Shown: piece by piece, positions 1-9,542 of the stretch
How positions within the stretch are numbered: position 1 is the stretch's first letter
Layout: each line of letters begins with the position of its first letter
From: Actinomycetota bacterium
Lineage (GTDB): Bacteria > Actinomycetota > Actinomycetes > Actinomycetales > Microbacteriaceae
DNA length: 64,000 bases
Assembly (NCBI GenBank): GCA_029865895.1
Contig: JARXAN010000032.1
Span: 11,396-75,395, forward strand
Direction of reading: 5' to 3'
Notes under the pieces: model-generated
What the model was told of the DNA's origin: nothing
The model's input: only the letters and a program-made list of their open reading frames with translations
Databases searched by the model: none
Position numbers and translations under genes: made by a program

Positions 1-472
1 ATTCTTTTGGAGCACCGAGGCCGTATATGCAGGAAACAGTGGAGACCACAATCACGTCGCGCCTGGAAAGCAGCGACATGGTAGCGGAGTAGCGAAGGCG
101 CTCAACCTCCTCGTTGATGGTCGAGTCCTTCTCGATGAAGGTATCGGTCTGAGGCACGTAAGCCTCCGGCTGGTAGTAGTCGTAGTAGCTCACAAAGTAT
201 TCGACAGCGTTGTCGGGAAACATCATGCGCAGTTCGCTGGTGAGCTGGGCAGCAAGGGTCTTGTTGTGGGCGATGACCAAGGTTGGTCGTTGGAGCTTCT
301 CAATCAACCAAGCGGTGGTTGCCGATTTACCGGTACCCGTTGCACCTAACAGCACGACATCGCGCTCTCCGGCTTGGATGCGCTCGGTCAGCTCCTTGAT
401 GGCCTGTGGCTGGTCTCCTGATGGTTCGTAGGGCGTAACAGCTCTGAATACCCTGACGTCTTCGGGCGTCAC
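1..472 (-). CDS. uvrB: Excinuclease ABC subunit B, N-terminal part (runs off window)
   Basis: Not in ORF track. My translation from GTG at 472 (GTGA overlap with coaE stop): MTPEDVRVF...PSGDQPQAI...[10 protein letters not shown]...[10 protein letters not shown]...[14 protein letters not shown], all UvrB signatures. Confidence 0.96.
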   Translation of the reverse strand, partial: MTPEDVRVFRAVTPYEPSGDQPQAIKELTERIQAGERDVVLLGATGTGKSATTAWLIEKLQRPTLVIAHNKTLAAQLTSELRMMFPDNAVEYFVSYYDYYQPEAYVPQTDTFIEKDSTINEEVERLRYSATMSLLSRRDVIVVSTVSCIYGLGAPKE

Positions 473-1053
473 TTAGATTCCTTGAAGCTCTCGAAAACCG
501 AATCGGCACGGCTAACGAGCTCAGCCATAGTGCAATTTGAATCGATCACAATGTCCGAGACGGCTTCACGCTGTGCATCGCTGGCCTGCGCCGAGATGCG
601 GCTAATGGCTTCACCCTGAGACATGCCTCGACTCTCAACCAATCGCTTCACCCGAACCGCTTCATCGCAACTGATGGTTACAACCTTGTCGAATTTCAAC
701 TTCGAGTTGCTCTCCACAAACAGCGGAATTGTGTAGACGATGACTCCGGAAAGGCCTTCGACCTTCTCGAGTGCCAACTGTTGGATCAGCGGGTGAAGGA
801 TGCTCTCCAGAAGCTTGCGATTCTCTTCGCTGCTAAAGGCGATTTTGGCAAGGGCCGCTCTGTCCAAGGTTCCATCGGACGCAAGAACCTCAGAACCAAA
901 TTGCTTCGCTACTAGCGCGAGTCCCGCGCTACCGGGAGCTACTACCTCGCGGGCTAAAACATCGGCATCTATCTCGGTTGCACCGAGTTCGACCCAGCGT
1001 CGAGCCACGGTCGACTTACCGGATCCAATACCACCTGTTAGCGCAATCAGCAC
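469..1053 (-). CDS. coaE: Dephospho-CoA kinase
   Basis: [14 protein letters not shown]-loop, IDAD, LDRAAL, HPLI motifs; rpsA-coaE-uvrB synteny. Confidence 0.96.
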   Translation of the reverse strand: MLIALTGGIGSGKSTVARRWVELGATEIDADVLAREVVAPGSAGLALVAKQFGSEVLASDGTLDRAALAKIAFSSEENRKLLESILHPLIQQLALEKVEGLSGVIVYTIPLFVESNSKLKFDKVVTISCDEAVRVKRLVESRGMSQGEAISRISAQASDAQREAVSDIVIDSNCTMAELVSRADSVFESFKESK

Positions 1054-1059
1054 TGGCTA

Positions 1060-1065
1060 AGGATA
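1060..1065 (-). promoter_or_regulatory. Putative -10 box TATCCT, 6 nt before coaE GTG (leaderless)
   Basis: Minus strand reads TATCCT-TAGCCA-GTG with no SD, directly after the rpsA terminator. Confidence 0.55.
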
Positions 1066-1098
1066 AACGAAAGCGGGGGTGCTTTCGCACCCCCGCTT
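1065..1098 (-). terminator. Intrinsic terminator after rpsA
   Basis: Perfect 12-bp stem AAGCGGGGGTGC-GAAA-GCACCCCCGCTT followed by TCGTTT. Confidence 0.85.
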
Positions 1099-1112
1099 CG
1101 CTTTAGGTTTAT

Positions 1113-2573
1113 TTACTTGTCGCCAGCTAGCTTGTCGCGCAATGCGGCTAGGGACTCGTCGTCTGCCAAGGTGCCCTCGGTAGATGCGGATCCCGCAGAA
1201 GCGGTTGGCTCCTGAGCTGGGGTTGCTGGAGCCTCTGGCAAAGCAGCAAGCTGTGCGCGAGTTGCCTTCACCTGAGTCTTGTGGGTCTCCCAACGAGTGT
1301 GAGCCTCGGCATACTCTGCCTCCCACTTTGAGCGAGCCTCTTCGAAGCCAGCCTTCCATTCGCTGGTAGCTGGGTCGAAGCCCTCTGGGTAACGGTAGTT
1401 ACCGTTCTCGTCGTAGTCAGCGCTCATGCCGTAAAGCACAGGGTTGAAGTCGCTGCCGTCTGGGTCAACCTCGTCCAAAGCCTGCTTTAGGGATAGCGAG
1501 ATGCGACGACGCTCTAGATCGATGTCGATCAACTTGACGAATACGTCTTCGTTGACAGATACAACCTGGTCAGCGTGCTCAACGTGCTTGGAGGATAGCT
1601 CCGAGATGTGAACTAGACCCTCGATGCCGTCCGCAACGCGAACGAATGCACCGAATGGAACGATCTTGGTGACCTTGCCCGGGATGTACTGGCCAATAGC
1701 GTGAGTACGGGCAAATAGCTGCCATGGGTCTTCCTGAGTTGCCTTCAGCGATAGCGAAACGCGCTCGCGGTCGTTGTCAACCTCAAGTACCTCAACGGTA
1801 ACTTCCTGGCCAACCTCAACTACCTCGCTGGCGTGCTCAATGTGCTTCCAGCTGAGCTCGGAAACGTGGACAAGACCGTCTACGCCACCTAGGTCGATGA
1901 ATGCACCGAAGTTTACGATCGAGGAAACCACACCGGTACGAACCTGACCCTTTACAAGGTCGTTTAGGAAGGTGGTGCGGTTAGCGCTCTGGCTCTCCTC
2001 TAGGAGTGCGCGACGTGAAAGCACAACGTTGTTGCGGTTCTTGTCTAGCTCAAGGATCTTGGCCTCAACCTCGGTACCAAGGTATGGTCCTAGGTCGCGA
2101 ACGCGGCGAAGCTCGATAAGAGATGCAGGCAGGAAGCCTCGAAGACCGATGTCAACGATTACACCACCCTTAACAACCTCAATAACGACACCCTTAACCA
2201 CGCCGTCGGCTTCCTTGATCTTCTCAACGTCGCCCCAGGCACGCTCGTACTGAGCACGCTTCTTGGAAAGAATTAGTCGGCCTTCCTTGTCTTCCTTCTG
2301 AAGAACAAGTGCCTCGATTGCATCGCCAACCTTGACGATATCGTTTGGATCTGCATCCTGACGGATGGATAGCTCGCGGACTGGGATTACACCCTCGGTC
2401 TTGTAACCGACGTCTACTAGGACTTCGTCGCGATCGATTTTTACGATGGTTCCAGAGATTAGGTCACCGTCGTTGAAGAACTTTAGAGTGGCCTCGACTG
2501 CAGCTAGAAAGTCTGCTGCTGAACCGATGTCGTTTACTGCTACCTGCTTGTTAGCGGTCTTGTTGGTTGCCAT
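1113..2573 (-). CDS. rpsA: 30S ribosomal protein S1
   Basis: QVAVNDIGS N-terminus, four S1 repeats (VDVGYKTEG, GFLPAS, DGLVHVSELSW, EGLVHISEL), actinobacterial tail LADDESLAALRDKL. Confidence 0.98.
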   Translation of the reverse strand: MATNKTANKQVAVNDIGSAADFLAAVEATLKFFNDGDLISGTIVKIDRDEVLVDVGYKTEGVIPVRELSIRQDADPNDIVKVGDAIEALVLQKEDKEGRLILSKKRAQYERAWGDVEKIKEADGVVKGVVIEVVKGGVIVDIGLRGFLPASLIELRRVRDLGPYLGTEVEAKILELDKNRNNVVLSRRALLEESQSANRTTFLNDLVKGQVRTGVVSSIVNFGAFIDLGGVDGLVHVSELSWKHIEHASEVVEVGQEVTVEVLEVDNDRERVSLSLKATQEDPWQLFARTHAIGQYIPGKVTKIVPFGAFVRVADGIEGLVHISELSSKHVEHADQVVSVNEDVFVKLIDIDLERRRISLSLKQALDEVDPDGSDFNPVLYGMSADYDENGNYRYPEGFDPATSEWKAGFEEARSKWEAEYAEAHTRWETHKTQVKATRAQLAALPEAPATPAQEPTASAGSASTEGTLADDESLAALRDKLAGDK

Positions 2574-2693
2574 ATGTGGTGTTATTCACTTTGTTTTACT
2601 CGGGCCGTGCAAAACCAAAAACCTTAGAAAAGCTTTCCGATTTGTCCGGCGATTGGACAGGGATTTGTGCCAAATGGCACTCGCGCAAGCTTA
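2574..2693 (-). promoter_or_regulatory. Putative rpsA promoter (-10 TAAGCT) and structured 5' leader
   Basis: TAAGCT at 2693-2688, then hairpins GTGCC-ATTT-GGCAC and TGTCC-AATCGCC-GGACA; A-rich region without SD before ATG. Confidence 0.5.
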
Positions 2694-2702
2694 CAGGTAT
2701 AT

Positions 2703-5390
2703 CTAGTGACCTGCTAGTTCCCAGTTAGCACCAATTCCGATGTGAACCTCGAGCGGCACGGACAATTGAGCGACATCGCGCATCGCTGTGATGGTCAGTT
2801 GTTTTAGAGCTTCAAGTTCGCCCGGTGCCACCGCAAAAACCAATTCGTCGTGGACCTGGAGCAGCATTTGGGACTTCAGACCAGCTGCAACCATTGACTC
2901 GTGAACCTTGATCATCGCTAGCTTCATGATGTCGGCGGCGGTACCTTGAATTGGAGCATTCAGAGCCGCTCGGCGGGCAATCTCTCTGAGCTGGAAAACC
3001 TTGGAGTTCAGATCCGGGAATGGCCTTCTTCTGCCATAAACGGTGGTGGTGTAACCGAGGTTCTTTGCCTTCTGAACCACCTGGTCCAAATAGGTCTTCA
3101 CTCCCCCGAAGCGGGCAAAGTAATCCGCCATCAACTGCTTGGCTTCCTTGCTCTCAATCCTGAGCTGGCGAGCAAGCCCGTATTCGCTCAGGCCGTAAAC
3201 CAGCCCATAGCTCATGGCCTTTACCTTGGAGCGCATCTGCGAGGTGACCTCGGAAGGTTCAACCCCGTAGATTCGCGCGCCAACGAAGCTGTGGAGGTCC
3301 TCACCCTGGTTGAACGCCTCAATTAGGCCTTGGTCCTGAGAGAGGTGCGCCATGATGCGCATTTCAATTTGCGAGTAGTCAGCGGTGAGTAGAGTCTCAA
3401 AGCCCTGACCGGCAATAAATGCGCTTCTGAGCTTCTGGCCTCTGGCGGTTTTGATCGGAATGTTCTGCAGGTTTGGATTCTCGCTACTGAGTCGTCCGGT
3501 TGCGGTTCCGACCTGAGAGTATGTGGTGTGGATTCTGCCATCCGGTTCAATGGCCTTGATCAGGGTCTCGGCCATCTGGCGAAGCTTGGTGGCGTCTCGA
3601 TGAGCCAGTAGCCGCTCCAGGAATGGGTGCTCGGTCTGCTCGTAAAGGGTGGCAAGCGCTTCAGCATTGGTCGAGAAGCCGGTTTTCACACTTCTGGTGC
3701 CCTGCATGCCAAGTTCTTCAAACAAAACGGTTTGAAGCTGCTTCGGGCTGGCGAGATTTACCTCGTGCCCGATGATCGCGTAAGCCTCTTTCGCAACGGC
3801 ATCGACCTCTTGGGTTAGCTCGTCAAACTGCTGTTCAAGGTTGGCTCGGTCAATCGAGATTCCCTGTTGTTCCATCTGCGCGAGCGCAACGCTGGCAGGA
3901 AGCTCGATGTCGCGATAAACCCCAAGCGAACCTTCGGTCTCCAGCTGCAGAGTGGCGAGTTTTGTGAGCACCGCAAAGACCCAGGCATCTAGCGATGGAT
4001 CACTTTCGGCAAATAGTTCATTGGCATCTTGCCTTGCGATGTCGATACCGGCATAGGTGCGAATCAGGGCATCCGGGTTTAGATCCTTGGTCAGCGGGTC
4101 AATCAGGTAGCAGGCCAGCATCGGATCGTCGCTGATTGTTCCCAGCTTGATGTCGATTGCTGCGAGTTGCTTAGAAAGCTCCTTGAAGTTCCAGGTGCCA
4201 AAACCGCCGCCGGTGATTAGCTTGCCCGGGTCCTGCTGGCCATCCCAGTTGAGTCTCTGGGTCAGGGTTGCAGCTCCTAGGCCAACGACTCGGCCATTTG
4301 AGACTTCCAGCTTCAGGTGGGTAGGTTCTGCCGCGACCAGCGCAGTTATCTCCGCAAGGGTTGCCTGTTTCGGTTCAACCGGCTGGGAGGGTAATTGCGA
4401 AATGAACTCGCTGGCAGCCGCCGATACCGGCTCCGCTGAAAGAGATTCAGCTACCTTTTCTGGCTCAATCTTGGCGCTGATTACCTTGTGCTGGCTTCCG
4501 GCGGTACCGCGAAGCTTTAGAACTCGAGTTAGCAGCGTCCTAAACGAGAGTTTGGCAAAGACCTCTTTGACGCGTTCTTCGTTTACTGCACCTAGTTCAA
4601 GGTCGCCTAGAGAGAATTCAAATTCGAGGTCACGCAGCAGGTGGTTCAGTCTCCGGTTGCGAACTGCCAGCTCTTTGTGCTCCCTGAGGCTCTCGCCGAC
4701 CTTGCCGGGAATTTGATCGGCGTTATCCAGAATGGCCTGAAGCGAGCCATATTCCTGAATCCACTTGGCAGCGGTCTTTGGCCCAACACCCGGGATTCCC
4801 TTTAGGTTGTCCGAGGTCTCCCCTACCAGAGCTGCTAGCTCCGGATATTGCTTGGCATGGATGCCGTACTTTTCTAAGACCGCGGCATCATCCATTCGGG
4901 CAAGGTTCATAACACCCTTGACCGGATAAAGAATCGTCACTTCATCTGTGATCAGCTGGAAAGTGTCTCTGTCGCCAGATACCACAAGCACCTTCATGCC
5001 GGCGGCTTCTCCCTGAACGCTGAGCGAGGCCAGTAGGTCATCGGCTTCAAACATCTCCCTGGAAACACTGGTGATGTTCATCGCGGTTAGTGCTTCTACC
5101 AGTAGCTCGGTTTGCCCCAGGAACTCCGGCGGTGTTTCGCCTCGGGTGCCCTTGTATTCCGGCAGCTCAATGGTTCTAAAACTCTCTCGAGAAACATCGA
5201 ATGCGACGCAGAGGTGGGTTGGCTTCTCAAGCTCCAGAATGTTCAGCATCATGGAGATAAAGCCGTGAACCGCATTGGTGTGCTGGCCGGCAGCATTTTT
5301 GAAGTTGTCTGGGCTCAACGCATAGAAAGCGCGAAATGCCAACGAGTGCCCGTCAATCAGTAAAAGGGTAGGCTTTTCGCTAGCGCTCAT
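2703..5390 (-). CDS. polA: DNA polymerase I
   Basis: LLLIDGHSLAFRAFYAL 5' nuclease, ADYSQIEMR motif A, LLQVHDEL motif C. Start moved to ATG 5390 (MSASEKPTL). Confidence 0.97.
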   Translation of the reverse strand: MSASEKPTLLLIDGHSLAFRAFYALSPDNFKNAAGQHTNAVHGFISMMLNILELEKPTHLCVAFDVSRESFRTIELPEYKGTRGETPPEFLGQTELLVEALTAMNITSVSREMFEADDLLASLSVQGEAAGMKVLVVSGDRDTFQLITDEVTILYPVKGVMNLARMDDAAVLEKYGIHAKQYPELAALVGETSDNLKGIPGVGPKTAAKWIQEYGSLQAILDNADQIPGKVGESLREHKELAVRNRRLNHLLRDLEFEFSLGDLELGAVNEERVKEVFAKLSFRTLLTRVLKLRGTAGSQHKVISAKIEPEKVAESLSAEPVSAAASEFISQLPSQPVEPKQATLAEITALVAAEPTHLKLEVSNGRVVGLGAATLTQRLNWDGQQDPGKLITGGGFGTWNFKELSKQLAAIDIKLGTISDDPMLACYLIDPLTKDLNPDALIRTYAGIDIARQDANELFAESDPSLDAWVFAVLTKLATLQLETEGSLGVYRDIELPASVALAQMEQQGISIDRANLEQQFDELTQEVDAVAKEAYAIIGHEVNLASPKQLQTVLFEELGMQGTRSVKTGFSTNAEALATLYEQTEHPFLERLLAHRDATKLRQMAETLIKAIEPDGRIHTTYSQVGTATGRLSSENPNLQNIPIKTARGQKLRSAFIAGQGFETLLTADYSQIEMRIMAHLSQDQGLIEAFNQGEDLHSFVGARIYGVEPSEVTSQMRSKVKAMSYGLVYGLSEYGLARQLRIESKEAKQLMADYFARFGGVKTYLDQVVQKAKNLGYTTTVYGRRRPFPDLNSKVFQLREIARRAALNAPIQGTAADIMKLAMIKVHESMVAAGLKSQMLLQVHDELVFAVAPGELEALKQLTITAMRDVAQLSVPLEVHIGIGANWELAGH

Positions 5391-5396
5391 GCCCGC

Positions 5397-5403
5397 TAGC
5401 CTA
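5397..5403. promoter_or_regulatory. Symmetric TAGCCTA element: putative -10 boxes on both strands for polA and the thioesterase gene
   Basis: Plus strand TAGCCT 5397-5402; minus strand TAGGCT 5403-5398, 7 nt before polA ATG. Confidence 0.5.
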
Positions 5404-5423
5404 CTTCGCCAAGGAGTCAATTT

Positions 5424-5855
5424 ATGTCCGATCAGCCCATCAAAGCCTCCGACGCCGCACTGGAGCTTATGAAGCAGCGTGGCCTCGGTGCACTTGCCGA
5501 AAAAATGGGCATCGAGTTGTTAGAGCTCAGCGCGGAGCGCGCTGTTGCGACTATGCCAGTCGCGGGTAACACTCAGCCAATTGGACTCTTGCACGGTGGA
5601 GCACACGTCGTACTCGCCGAATCTTTGGGCTCATTTGCCGCAAATGTTCACGCTCACCCATGGGGCTATGCGGTCGGTATCGAGCTAAACGCCACCCACC
5701 ACGCTTCGATCACCGAGGGTGTTGTCACCGGAACCTGTGTGGCAATCAAATTGGGCAAAACATTGACCAGCCATGAAATTTCTATGACGGACGAAACCGG
5801 CAGATTGCTCTCTACCGTTCGAATTACGAACTATCTCAGACCTAAAGGTCAGTAG
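5424..5855 (+). CDS. PaaI/hotdog-fold thioesterase
   Basis: NTQPIGLLHGGAHVVLAESLGS and AVGIELNATHH motifs; SD AAGGAG at 5411-5416. Confidence 0.92.
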   Translation: MSDQPIKASDAALELMKQRGLGALAEKMGIELLELSAERAVATMPVAGNTQPIGLLHGGAHVVLAESLGSFAANVHAHPWGYAVGIELNATHHASITEGVVTGTCVAIKLGKTLTSHEISMTDETGRLLSTVRITNYLRPKGQ

Positions 5856-6434
5856 TTACTTATCGCCGAGCTGTTCGATAACAGCTTTTGCAACCTGAGC
5901 CATCGTGAGCCTGCGATCCATGGAAGCTTTTTGAATCCAGCGGAAGGACTCTGGTTCGCTCAGTTTCATTTTGGACTGCAATAGACCCTTGGCTCGATCC
6001 ATAAGCTTTCTGGTTTCTAAGCGATCGCTTAGATCGGCGATCTCAGCCTCGAGTGACACCAGTTCTTCGTGGCGGCTCAAAGCGATTTGAATCGCGGGTA
6101 AAAGGTCCGTTGGCTTGAATGGTTTGGTTACATAGGCCATGGCGCCGGCCTCGGCAGCCCTGGCGACTAGGTCGGATTGCGAGAACGCCGTCAAGAGCAC
6201 AACTGGAATCTTTAGTTCGCCGATCTTCTCGGCAGCGCTGATGCCGTCGAGTTTCGGCATTTTGATGTCCATGACAACTAGGTCCGGCTCCAACTCAGTT
6301 GCTAGCTTGATAGCTTCCTCGCCGTCCGCTCCCTCGCCAACAACCTCGTAGCCAGCCTCCTGCAGGGTAGCCACGACATCCATGCGAATTAGACCTTCGT
6401 CTTCAACAACAACAACCCTGAGTGCATCTGCCAT
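5856..6434 (-). CDS. pdtaR: Receiver plus ANTAR response regulator (PdtaR/Rv1626-like)
   Basis: VVEDE, MDIKMP phospho-Asp, KPF; ANTAR motif ETRKLMDRAKGLL...FRWIQKASMDRR; pyk-tRNA-Leu-pdtaR-polA synteny. Confidence 0.9.
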   Translation of the reverse strand: MADALRVVVVEDEGLIRMDVVATLQEAGYEVVGEGADGEEAIKLATELEPDLVVMDIKMPKLDGISAAEKIGELKIPVVLLTAFSQSDLVARAAEAGAMAYVTKPFKPTDLLPAIQIALSRHEELVSLEAEIADLSDRLETRKLMDRAKGLLQSKMKLSEPESFRWIQKASMDRRLTMAQVAKAVIEQLGDK

Positions 6435-6484
6435 GGCAATACTTTATAACTACCCGAGCAACATCCACTAGAATTTAGGGGCTT

Positions 6485-6566
6485 GCCGGGATGGCGGAAT
6501 GGTAGACGCGTCGCACTCAAAATGCGATGTCCTCTGGGCGTGTGGGTTCGAGTCCCACTCTCGGTA
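6485..6566 (+). tRNA. tRNA-Leu(CAA)
   Basis: Acceptor GCCGGGA/TCTCGGT-A, anticodon arm TCGCA-CTCAAAA-TGCGA, long variable arm, T arm GTGGG-TTCGAGT-CCCAC; CCA not encoded; TAGAAT -10 at 6469-6474. Confidence 0.97.
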
Positions 6567-6567
6567 C

Positions 6568-6607
6568 AAAAGAAAAAGCGGTGGTTTCCCACCGCTTTTC
6601 TTTATTT
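6568..6607. terminator. Bidirectional intrinsic terminator between tRNA-Leu and pyk
   Basis: Stem AAAAGCGGTGG-TTTC-CCACCGCTTTT (6574-6599), A-run on the left and T-run on the right. Confidence 0.88.
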
Positions 6608-6615
6608 AACGCTTG

Positions 6616-8058
6616 TTAGTTGCCGTAACCAGGGGCAGCTAGGTGCACTGCATCTCCCACGCGGTGAACGCGAAGGCTGTTGGTCGAACCTGGGATTCCC
6701 GGAGGGGAACCGGCAACGATTACTACCTCGTCACCAACGCGGCACTTACCGCTGGACAGCACGATCTCATCGACCTGGCGAATCATCTCGTCGGTGTGCT
6801 TGACCTTGTCTACCTTGAAGGTGGTTGCTCCCCAAACTAGCGATAGCTTGCGGCGCACCTCCTCATTAGGGGTGAAGGCCAACACTGGAACCCTGGAGCG
6901 TAGACGGGATACTCGGCGCAGGGTGTCACCAGACTCGGTGAACACGCAAACAAACTTTGAACCAAGTAGCTCTGCGATTTCCATAGCCGCCAGAACCACC
7001 GCACCGGAGTGGGTGTGAGGCTTGGTGCCAAGGGCTGGAATGCGGTCTAGGCCGTTCTCCTCGGTTGACTCGATGATGCGAGCCATGGTCTGAACGGTCT
7101 CGATTGGGTACTCACCAACCGAGGTCTCACCCGAAAGCATTAGAGCGTCTGCACCATCTAGCACTGCGTTGGCAACATCCGAAGCCTCGGCGCGGGTTGG
7201 ACGGGAAGCGCTAATCATGGTTTCAAGCATCTGGGTGGCAACGATAACCGGCTTTGCCCAGCGACGGGAAAGCTCAACGGCACGCTTTTGCACCAGTGGA
7301 ACCTGTTCCAGTGGTAGCTCAACACCAAGGTCGCCACGAGCAACCATGACACCGTCGAAGGCATCAATGATTTCCTCTAGTGCCTCAACTGCCTGTGGCT
7401 TCTCGATCTTTGCGATGGTTGGAACAAAGCGTCCCTCCTCCGCCATGATCTCGTGCACGCGGACGATGTCCTTGGCGTTTCTAACAAAGCTCAAAGCGAT
7501 CATGTCGGCACCAAGCTTGAGAGCCCAGCGCAGATCGTCCTCGTCCTTCTCGCTCAGTGCAGGAACGTTTACCGCAACACCAGGAAGGTTAATTCCCTTG
7601 TTGTTCGAAACCGGTCCGCCGACCTCGACCACGCAGGTCACGGTGGTGGCGTCGACTGCAGTGGCACGAAGACCAATGCGGCCATCGTCGATCAAAAGCT
7701 GATCTCCTGGCTTCACATCGCCCGGTAGGCCCTTGTAGGTGGTGGAGCAGATGTTTACATCGCCCGCAATCTCATCGGTTGTGATCTTGAAGGTTGCACC
7801 ATTTACCAGGGTGACTTTGTCCTCGGCAAAGCGGCCAAGACGAATCTTTGGGCCCTGAAGGTCAACCAAGATGCCAACGCTCTTACCCACGTCGGCAGCC
7901 GCCTTGCGGATGGTGGCGTATACACCCTCGTGAACCTCGTGAGAACCGTGGCTGAGGTTCATGCGAGCAACGTCAACACCGGCCTCAATAACTGCTCTTG
8001 CCTTGTCATAGTCCGCAACAGCAGGACCGAATGTTGCCACAATTTTGGCGCGTCTCAT
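6616..8058 (-). CDS. pyk: Pyruvate kinase
   Basis: RRAKIVATFGP, DLQGPKIR, IAKIE, MVARGDLGVE, ATQMLE, MLSGET. Confidence 0.98.
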   Translation of the reverse strand: MRRAKIVATFGPAVADYDKARAVIEAGVDVARMNLSHGSHEVHEGVYATIRKAAADVGKSVGILVDLQGPKIRLGRFAEDKVTLVNGATFKITTDEIAGDVNICSTTYKGLPGDVKPGDQLLIDDGRIGLRATAVDATTVTCVVEVGGPVSNNKGINLPGVAVNVPALSEKDEDDLRWALKLGADMIALSFVRNAKDIVRVHEIMAEEGRFVPTIAKIEKPQAVEALEEIIDAFDGVMVARGDLGVELPLEQVPLVQKRAVELSRRWAKPVIVATQMLETMISASRPTRAEASDVANAVLDGADALMLSGETSVGEYPIETVQTMARIIESTEENGLDRIPALGTKPHTHSGAVVLAAMEIAELLGSKFVCVFTESGDTLRRVSRLRSRVPVLAFTPNEEVRRKLSLVWGATTFKVDKVKHTDEMIRQVDEIVLSSGKCRVGDEVVIVAGSPPGIPGSTNSLRVHRVGDAVHLAAPGYGN

Positions 8059-8084
8059 TTATAACTACTTACCTTTTCAATTGG

Positions 8085-9542
8085 TTAGCTGTAAACCGAA
8101 ATCGGTCTATCAGTTGGCTTCACTGGGAACGGAAGCCCTGTCTCACCTTCGAGATATTCGTCGATCGCGGCAGCGGCGGCACGACCTTCGGCTATAGCCC
8201 AAACTATCAGGCTTTGGCCTCTTCCGGCATCACCTGCGACAAACAATCCATCGGCTACCTTGTAGCGGCCATCTCTGGCAACGTTTCCGCGGGAATCCAG
8301 CGGCGCGTTGAGCTGAGTTGTCAGGTCATTGGTCTCTGGACCGACAAAACCTAGGGCCATAAACACTAGGTCGGCAGGGAGAATGCGCTCTGTGCCAGCC
8401 TTAGGAACGCGCTTGCCGTCGACAAACTCGGTGTCTGCCACCTTGACTCCGGTTAGAACGCCGTTCTCCCCCATGAATTCGACGGTCGACTGCAAATACT
8501 TGCGCTCACCGAATTCCTCGTGAGCAGAGGCAACCTCAAATAGGTTCGGCATCATCGGCCAAGGCTGTTCTGCGCCGCGCTCCAACGGCGGCTGCTTGCC
8601 AATTGCCAAGGTGGTAACGCTCAATGCACCCTGCCTGGTGGCGGTACCGAGGCAGTCTGCACCGGTATCTCCACCACCGAGGATGATGACGTGCTTGCCA
8701 TCTGCAGTGATCTGCTCCCCCAGCGAGTCACCAGCAACAACCTTGTTTGATTGGGCGAGGTACTCCATGGCGTAGTGCACGCCCTGCAGGTTTCTACCGG
8801 CAACTTCGAGATCCCTTGGAACCATGGCTCCGGTCGCAATCAACACTGAGTCGTAGCGCTTTTGCAGCTCATCCCAGGTGATGTCGACTCCAACGTTCAC
8901 GGAGGTTCGGAAGCGAGTCCCCTCAGCTTCCATTTGAGCAACTCGACGGTCGATGTGGTGCTTCTCCATCTTGAAATCTGGAATTCCGTAGCGCAGCAGT
9001 CCGCCGATCCGGTCATCGCGCTCGTACACTGCAACCGTGTGGCCCGCTCTGGTTAGCTGCTGGGCAGCTGCCAATCCGGCTGGGCCTGAGCCCACCACCG
9101 CAATTGTCTTGCCGGTTAGACGCTCTGGAACGCTCGGAGTTACAAAGCCATTGTCGAAGGCATCGTCGATGATCGAAACTTCGATCTCCTTGATGGTCAC
9201 AGCCGGCTGGTTGATTCCCAGCACGCAAGAGCTCTCGCAAGGTGCCGGGCACAATCTGCCGGTGAACTCCGGGAAGTTGTTGGTGGCGTGCAGGCGGTCG
9301 ATGGCCTCGCGGTTTCTGCCGCGGTGCGTGAGGTCATTCCACTCCGGAATCAGGTTGCCAAGTGGGCAACCGTGGTGACAGAACGGAATGCCGCAGTCCA
9401 TGCAGCGAGAAGCCTGTCGCACGATGGTCTCGCCATTGCGTTCGGCATAGACCTCCTTCCAGTCCTTGATTCGAACTGGAACCGGTCTGCGGGCTGCAGT
9501 CTCTCGCTCGGTTACCTTGATAAAGCCCTTTGGATCAGCCAC
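8085..9542 (-). CDS. gltD: Glutamate synthase small (beta) subunit
   Basis: [41 protein letters not shown]. Confidence 0.98.
   Translation of the reverse strand: MADPKGFIKVTERETAARRPVPVRIKDWKEVYAERNGETIVRQASRCMDCGIPFCHHGCPLGNLIPEWNDLTHRGRNREAIDRLHATNNFPEFTGRLCPAPCESSCVLGINQPAVTIKEIEVSIIDDAFDNGFVTPSVPERLTGKTIAVVGSGPAGLAAAQQLTRAGHTVAVYERDDRIGGLLRYGIPDFKMEKHHIDRRVAQMEAEGTRFRTSVNVGVDITWDELQKRYDSVLIATGAMVPRDLEVAGRNLQGVHYAMEYLAQSNKVVAGDSLGEQITADGKHVIILGGGDTGADCLGTATRQGALSVTTLAIGKQPPLERGAEQPWPMMPNLFEVASAHEEFGERKYLQSTVEFMGENGVLTGVKVADTEFVDGKRVPKAGTERILPADLVFMALGFVGPETNDLTTQLNAPLDSRGNVARDGRYKVADGLFVAGDAGRGQSLIVWAIAEGRAAAAAIDEYLEGETGLPFPVKPTDRPISVYS

Noticed and set aside
6485-6615. tRNA-Leu as an integration site
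   Set aside because: The terminator and pyk follow directly; no integrase and no duplicated tRNA 3' end seen, so the site is empty.
6389-6803. Short ORFs spanning the tRNA region
   Set aside because: The region is fully explained by tRNA-Leu, its promoter and the terminator.
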